A DNA stretch of 32,000 bases from Methanocaldococcus jannaschii DSM 2661 (GTDB taxonomy: Archaea > AGJL01 > Methanococci > Methanococcales > Methanocaldococcaceae): contig NC_000909.1 in assembly GCF_000091665.1 (NCBI RefSeq), positions 383,581 through 415,580 of the forward strand, read 5' to 3'. Made by a program: the position numbers and the translations under genes. Below the pieces are notes generated by a model. It worked only from the letters and a program-made list of their open reading frames with translations, was not told the origin of the DNA and made no database searches. Below are positions 28,570-32,000 of this stretch, piece by piece (within the stretch, counting starts at the first letter, position 1; every line of letters starts with the position of its first letter).

Positions 28570-28653
28570 TAACAAAAAATTTAAATACCCTATCTTAATA
28601 TTATTTACTATACTCAATTACTCAGATGGCATATAAAATACAGAGGTGCAGTG

Positions 28654-28962
28654 ATGCCGGAAATCTGTCCAAGATGTGGATTACCAAAAGAACTATGTGT
28701 TTGTGAAGAAATAGCTAAAGAAGAACAGAAAATAAAAATATATGTTACAAAAAGAAGATTTGGTAAGTTAATGACTATAATTGAAGGTTTTGATACAAGC
28801 GTTATTGATTTAAAAGAACTTGCTAAAAAATTGAAAGATATTTGTGCCTGTGGAGGGACTGTTAAAGATAATACAATAGAACTTCAGGGAGACCATAGGA
28901 AGAAAGTTGCTGAGGAACTTGTTAAAATGGGTTTCTCAAGAGATTCAATTGAAATCAGGTAA
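28654..28962 (+). CDS. sui1: Translation initiation factor aIF1 (SUI1)
   Basis: [47 protein letters not shown]...[22 protein letters not shown]. Confidence 0.95.
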   Translation: MPEICPRCGLPKELCVCEEIAKEEQKIKIYVTKRRFGKLMTIIEGFDTSVIDLKELAKKLKDICACGGTVKDNTIELQGDHRKKVAEELVKMGFSRDSIEIR

Positions 28963-29001
28963 AACTTTAACTTTAAATTTATTTTAACTTTCTGAAATAA
29001 A

Positions 29002-29058
29002 GGGGACGCGGATGCCCCAGGAGGGCACACCCCGTCCCCGTAAAACGGTTGGGGCATC
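29002..29058 (+). promoter_or_regulatory. GC-rich structured leader immediately before the Rpp29 gene
   Basis: ggggacg/cgtcccc (29002-29008/29033-29039), tgccc/gggca (29013-29017/29023-29027), and alternative gatgcccc/ggggcatc (29011-29018/29051-29058). The start ATG is at 29059. Confidence 0.65.
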
Positions 29059-29346
29059 ATGATAACTCCTCACAATATATTAAGGCATGAACTTATAGGG
29101 CTTAAAGTAGAGATTGTTGAAGCGAAGAACAAAGCGATGATAGGGATTAAAGGGAAAGTAGTGGATGAAACAAGAAATACATTAGTGATAGAAAAAGAGG
29201 ATGGTAGGGAAGTAGTAATCCCAAAAGACATTGCAGTGTTTCTCTTTCAACTAAAGGGGTGCAAAGTAAAGGTCGATGGGAGATTGCTAATAGGGAGACC
29301 AGAAGAGAGATTAAAGAAAAAAATAAAGATACTATATCCATATTAG
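29059..29346 (+). CDS. rnp1: Ribonuclease P protein component 1 (Rpp29/Pop4)
   Basis: MITPHNILRHELIGLKVEIVEAKNKAMIGIKGKVVDETRNTLVIEKEDGREVVIPK; position between SUI1 and S17 as in other archaea. Confidence 0.95.
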   Translation: MITPHNILRHELIGLKVEIVEAKNKAMIGIKGKVVDETRNTLVIEKEDGREVVIPKDIAVFLFQLKGCKVKVDGRLLIGRPEERLKKKIKILYPY

Positions 29347-29544
29347 GCTATTTTAGCCCCAACCGTTTGAGAATAATGATACAGTAGCCAAAAATTCCCT
29401 GGCTATTATTATATACTCTTTATCGTATCTTCCAGTCTGTGAGATTTAAAGTATAAATATGGGTTTTAGTAAATATTGATGCCACATTTAATCTATAATG
29501 TCTTTCAAAATAATGCCAAATAATAAGTTATAGGGGGTAAAAAC

Positions 29545-29898
29545 ATGGCAGCAAGAAATATTGGAATACAAGTTAAAGCTCCAGAAGTAGAATGTGATGA
29601 TAAAAACTGTCCATTCCATGGAAATTTGCCAGTAAGAGGGCAGAGCTTTGTTGGAGTTGTAGTTAGCGACAAACCACACAAAACAGTCATTATAAAGAGA
29701 GAGGTTGTAAAATACATCAAGAAATATGAGAGATATGAGAGAAGAACAACAAAATTAGCAGCTCACAACCCACCATGCATACACGCAAGAGTTGGAGATA
29801 TTGTAAGAGTCATGGAATGCAGACCAATAAGTAAAACAAAGGCATTCGTTGTTGTTGAAAAATTAGGAAGAATTGATGAAGTTAAAGGAGAAGAATAA
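29545..29898 (+). CDS. rps17: 30S ribosomal protein S17
   Basis: [63 protein letters not shown]. Confidence 0.95.
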   Translation: MAARNIGIQVKAPEVECDDKNCPFHGNLPVRGQSFVGVVVSDKPHKTVIIKREVVKYIKKYERYERRTTKLAAHNPPCIHARVGDIVRVMECRPISKTKAFVVVEKLGRIDEVKGEE

Positions 29899-29930
29899 AT
29901 TTGACTCATAAATCTAAAAGGTGAAAGAAC

Positions 29931-30329
29931 ATGAAAGCAATTGGTTCAAAACCTGTTAGGGCTTTACCTGTTGGAGCGAGATGTATCTGTGCTGATAACA
30001 CCGGAGCTAAGGAAGTTGAAATCATCGCAGTAAGAAACTACAAAGGGGTTGCAAGAAGATTGCCAACAGCAAGAGTAGGAGATATGGTAATAGTTACAGT
30101 TAAAAAAGGAACTCCTGAAATGAGAAAACAGGTTTTGCCAGCAGTTGTTATTAGACAGAGAAAAGAGATTAGAAGACCAGATGGAACAAGAGTTAAGTTT
30201 GCAGATAATGCAGTTGTTATAGTAACACCAGATGGAAACCCAAAGGGTTCAGATATTAAGGGGCCTGTTGCTAAGGAAGCTGCTGAAAGATGGCCAGGTA
30301 TTGCAAGAATTGCTAAGATAATCATTTAA
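29931..30329 (+). CDS. rpl14: 50S ribosomal protein L14
   Basis: [26 protein letters not shown]...[29 protein letters not shown]. Confidence 0.96.
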   Translation: MKAIGSKPVRALPVGARCICADNTGAKEVEIIAVRNYKGVARRLPTARVGDMVIVTVKKGTPEMRKQVLPAVVIRQRKEIRRPDGTRVKFADNAVVIVTPDGNPKGSDIKGPVAKEAAERWPGIARIAKIII

Positions 30330-30356
30330 ATTAAAAACTAATTAAGGTGAAAAAAC

Positions 30357-30719
30357 ATGGCTTTTACAAAGTCAAAACAACCAAGAAAACAGAGAAAGGC
30401 ATTATTTAACGCTCCTCTCCACTTAAGAAGAAAAGTTATGTCTGCAATGTTATCAAAGGAGTTGAAGGAGAAGTTAGGTAAAAACGCTATCCCAGTTAGA
30501 AAAGGAGATGTTGTTAGAATAATGAGAGGAGATTTCAAAGGATTAGAAGGAGAAGTTATCAAAGTTGATTTAAAGAGATACAGAATATATGTTGAAGGAG
30601 CAAACAACAAGAGACAAGATGGAAGAGAAGTTCCATATCCAATCCATCCATCAAATGTTATGATTATCAAGTTGTATGACAAGGATGAAAAAAGATTCAA
30701 ACATATCAAAAATGAATAA
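30357..30719 (+). CDS. rpl24: 50S ribosomal protein L24
   Basis: [62 protein letters not shown]. Confidence 0.96.
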   Translation: MAFTKSKQPRKQRKALFNAPLHLRRKVMSAMLSKELKEKLGKNAIPVRKGDVVRIMRGDFKGLEGEVIKVDLKRYRIYVEGANNKRQDGREVPYPIHPSNVMIIKLYDKDEKRFKHIKNE

Positions 30720-30728
30720 GGTGAAAGG

Positions 30729-31463
30729 ATGGCAAAAAAAGGTCCAAAAAGACATTTAAAAAGATTGGCAGCTCCAGTTAGATGGGAGTTACCAAGAAAG
30801 ATTCACAAATTCACAGTTAGACCATTACCAGGAGCACACCCAATGAGTGAGTCATTACCATTACTGTTAATCGTTAGAGACATTTTAAAGTATGCCGATA
30901 ACGCAAGAGAAGCAAAGAAAATCATTAAAATGGGTAAAGTTTTAGTTGATGGAAGAGTTAGGAAGGAAGAAAAGCTTCCAGTTGGATTAATGGATGTTGT
31001 CTCATTACCAGATGCAAATGAAAATTACAGAGTTTTATTTGATAGAAAGGGAAGAATTAAATTAAAACCAACAGAAAATCCAGATGTAAAATTATGTAAA
31101 ATTAAAAACAAGACTGTTATTAAAGGAGGACACATACAGCTCAATTTACACGATGGAAGAAATATCGTTATAAAAGTTTCAGACCCTACAAAGGCAGAAG
31201 AAGATGTCTATAAAACAGGAGACACATTATTAATCTCAATCCCTGAACAAGAAATTAAAGCTCATATACCATTTGAAGTTGGTAAATTAGCATACATTAC
31301 AGGAGGAAAACACGTCGGTGATTTCGCTAAAATCGTTGAGATTGAGAGAAGAGGAATATATCCTGATATCGTTACATTAGAAAACATGGATGGAGAGAAG
31401 TTCAAAACAGTTAAAGACTATGTCTTCGTTGTTGGAGACGAAGAGCCAATAATTAAATTATAA
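30729..31463 (+). CDS. rps4e: 30S ribosomal protein S4e
   Basis: KKGPKRHLKRLAAPVRWELPRKIHKFTVRPLPGAHPMSESLPLLLIVRDILKYADNAREAKKI; KOW-like GGKHVGDFAKI. Confidence 0.96.
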   Translation: MAKKGPKRHLKRLAAPVRWELPRKIHKFTVRPLPGAHPMSESLPLLLIVRDILKYADNAREAKKIIKMGKVLVDGRVRKEEKLPVGLMDVVSLPDANENYRVLFDRKGRIKLKPTENPDVKLCKIKNKTVIKGGHIQLNLHDGRNIVIKVSDPTKAEEDVYKTGDTLLISIPEQEIKAHIPFEVGKLAYITGGKHVGDFAKIVEIERRGIYPDIVTLENMDGEKFKTVKDYVFVVGDEEPIIKL

Positions 31464-31485
31464 ATTAGATAGATGAGGGAGAAAC

Positions 31486-32000
31486 ATGAGCTTTGAAGAG
31501 TTATGGCAGAAGAATCCAATGCTAAAACCAAGAATTGAAAAAGTTGTTGTCAATTTCGGAGTAGGAGAGAGTGGAGATAGATTAACAAAAGGAGCTCAAG
31601 TTATTGAAGAGCTAACAGGACAAAAACCAATAAGAACAAGAGCTAAGCAAACAAACCCATCATTTGGAATTAGAAAGAAGTTACCAATTGGGTTAAAAGT
31701 CACATTAAGAGGAAAGAAGGCAGAAGAGTTTTTAAAGAATGCATTTGAAGCCTTCCAAAAAGAAGGTAAAAAATTATATGATTATTCATTTGACGATTAC
31801 GGAAACTTCTCATTTGGTATTCATGAGCATATAGACTTCCCTGGACAAAAATACGACCCAATGATTGGTATCTTTGGGATGGACGTCTGTGTTACCTTAG
31901 AGAGACCTGGATTTAGAGTTAAGAGAAGAAAAAGATGCAGAGCTAAGATTCCAAGAAGACATAGATTAACAAGAGAAGAGGCAATTGAATTTATAGAAAA
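31486..32000 (+). CDS. rpl5: 50S ribosomal protein L5 (truncated by window end)
   Basis: Manual translation: [76 protein letters not shown]...; open to the window edge. Confidence 0.95.
   Translation, partial: MSFEELWQKNPMLKPRIEKVVVNFGVGESGDRLTKGAQVIEELTGQKPIRTRAKQTNPSFGIRKKLPIGLKVTLRGKKAEEFLKNAFEAFQKEGKKLYDYSFDDYGNFSFGIHEHIDFPGQKYDPMIGIFGMDVCVTLERPGFRVKRRKRCRAKIPRRHRLTREEAIEFIE

Noticed and set aside
29380-29480. Candidate small RNA downstream of rnp1 (tagcc...ggcta stem, aatgata)
   Set aside because: Only a 5-bp stem and weak box-like motifs; more likely part of the rps17 promoter region. The neighbouring 13-bp repeat is reported separately.
28014-30709. Antisense ORFs of 114, 64, 63, 71, 95 and 123 aa within the ribosomal protein cluster
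   Set aside because: Complementary-frame artefacts of highly conserved ribosomal protein genes.

Overview
This is a contiguous stretch of an AT-rich, thermophilic methanogen chromosome. Gene content and order match, from memory, Methanocaldococcus jannaschii around MJ0428-MJ0469; no database was consulted. It holds housekeeping and methanogenesis-associated genes: UDP-ManNAc dehydrogenase, argG, dcd, tgtA, trm14, hypB, a PNO1-like KH protein, Rio1, aIF1A, cofG, trpF, mtnA-like, mfnE, aEF1-beta, and a ribosomal block from rpl22 to rpl5. It also holds one tRNA-Val(GAC). No CRISPR array, rRNA or transposase was seen. The most interesting signals are in the gaps and small ORFs. (1) A family of ~85-110 bp palindromic intergenic elements shares terminal inverted repeats with a ctttc core and a central gaygcc-(taaa)-ggcrtc hairpin. 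Two copies are clearly homologous, one has the same architecture, and two are more diverged. One copy exactly fills the gap between two convergent genes. (2) A GC-rich structured leader sits directly before the RNase P subunit Rpp29 gene, which is also bracketed by a perfect 13-bp inverted repeat, giving a potential mutually exclusive RNA fold. (3) A HEPN/MNT toxin-antitoxin-like pair has its HEPN protein fused to a gamma-glutamylcyclotransferase-like domain and lacks the canonical catalytic His. (4) An apparent -1 frameshift lies in tgtA. (5) Two adjacent mini-pilins, one 46 aa and absent from the ORF track, carry class III signal peptides. (6) There is a hairpin array between the rio1-like and aIF1A genes and a truncated duplicate of the tRNA-Val 3' end.
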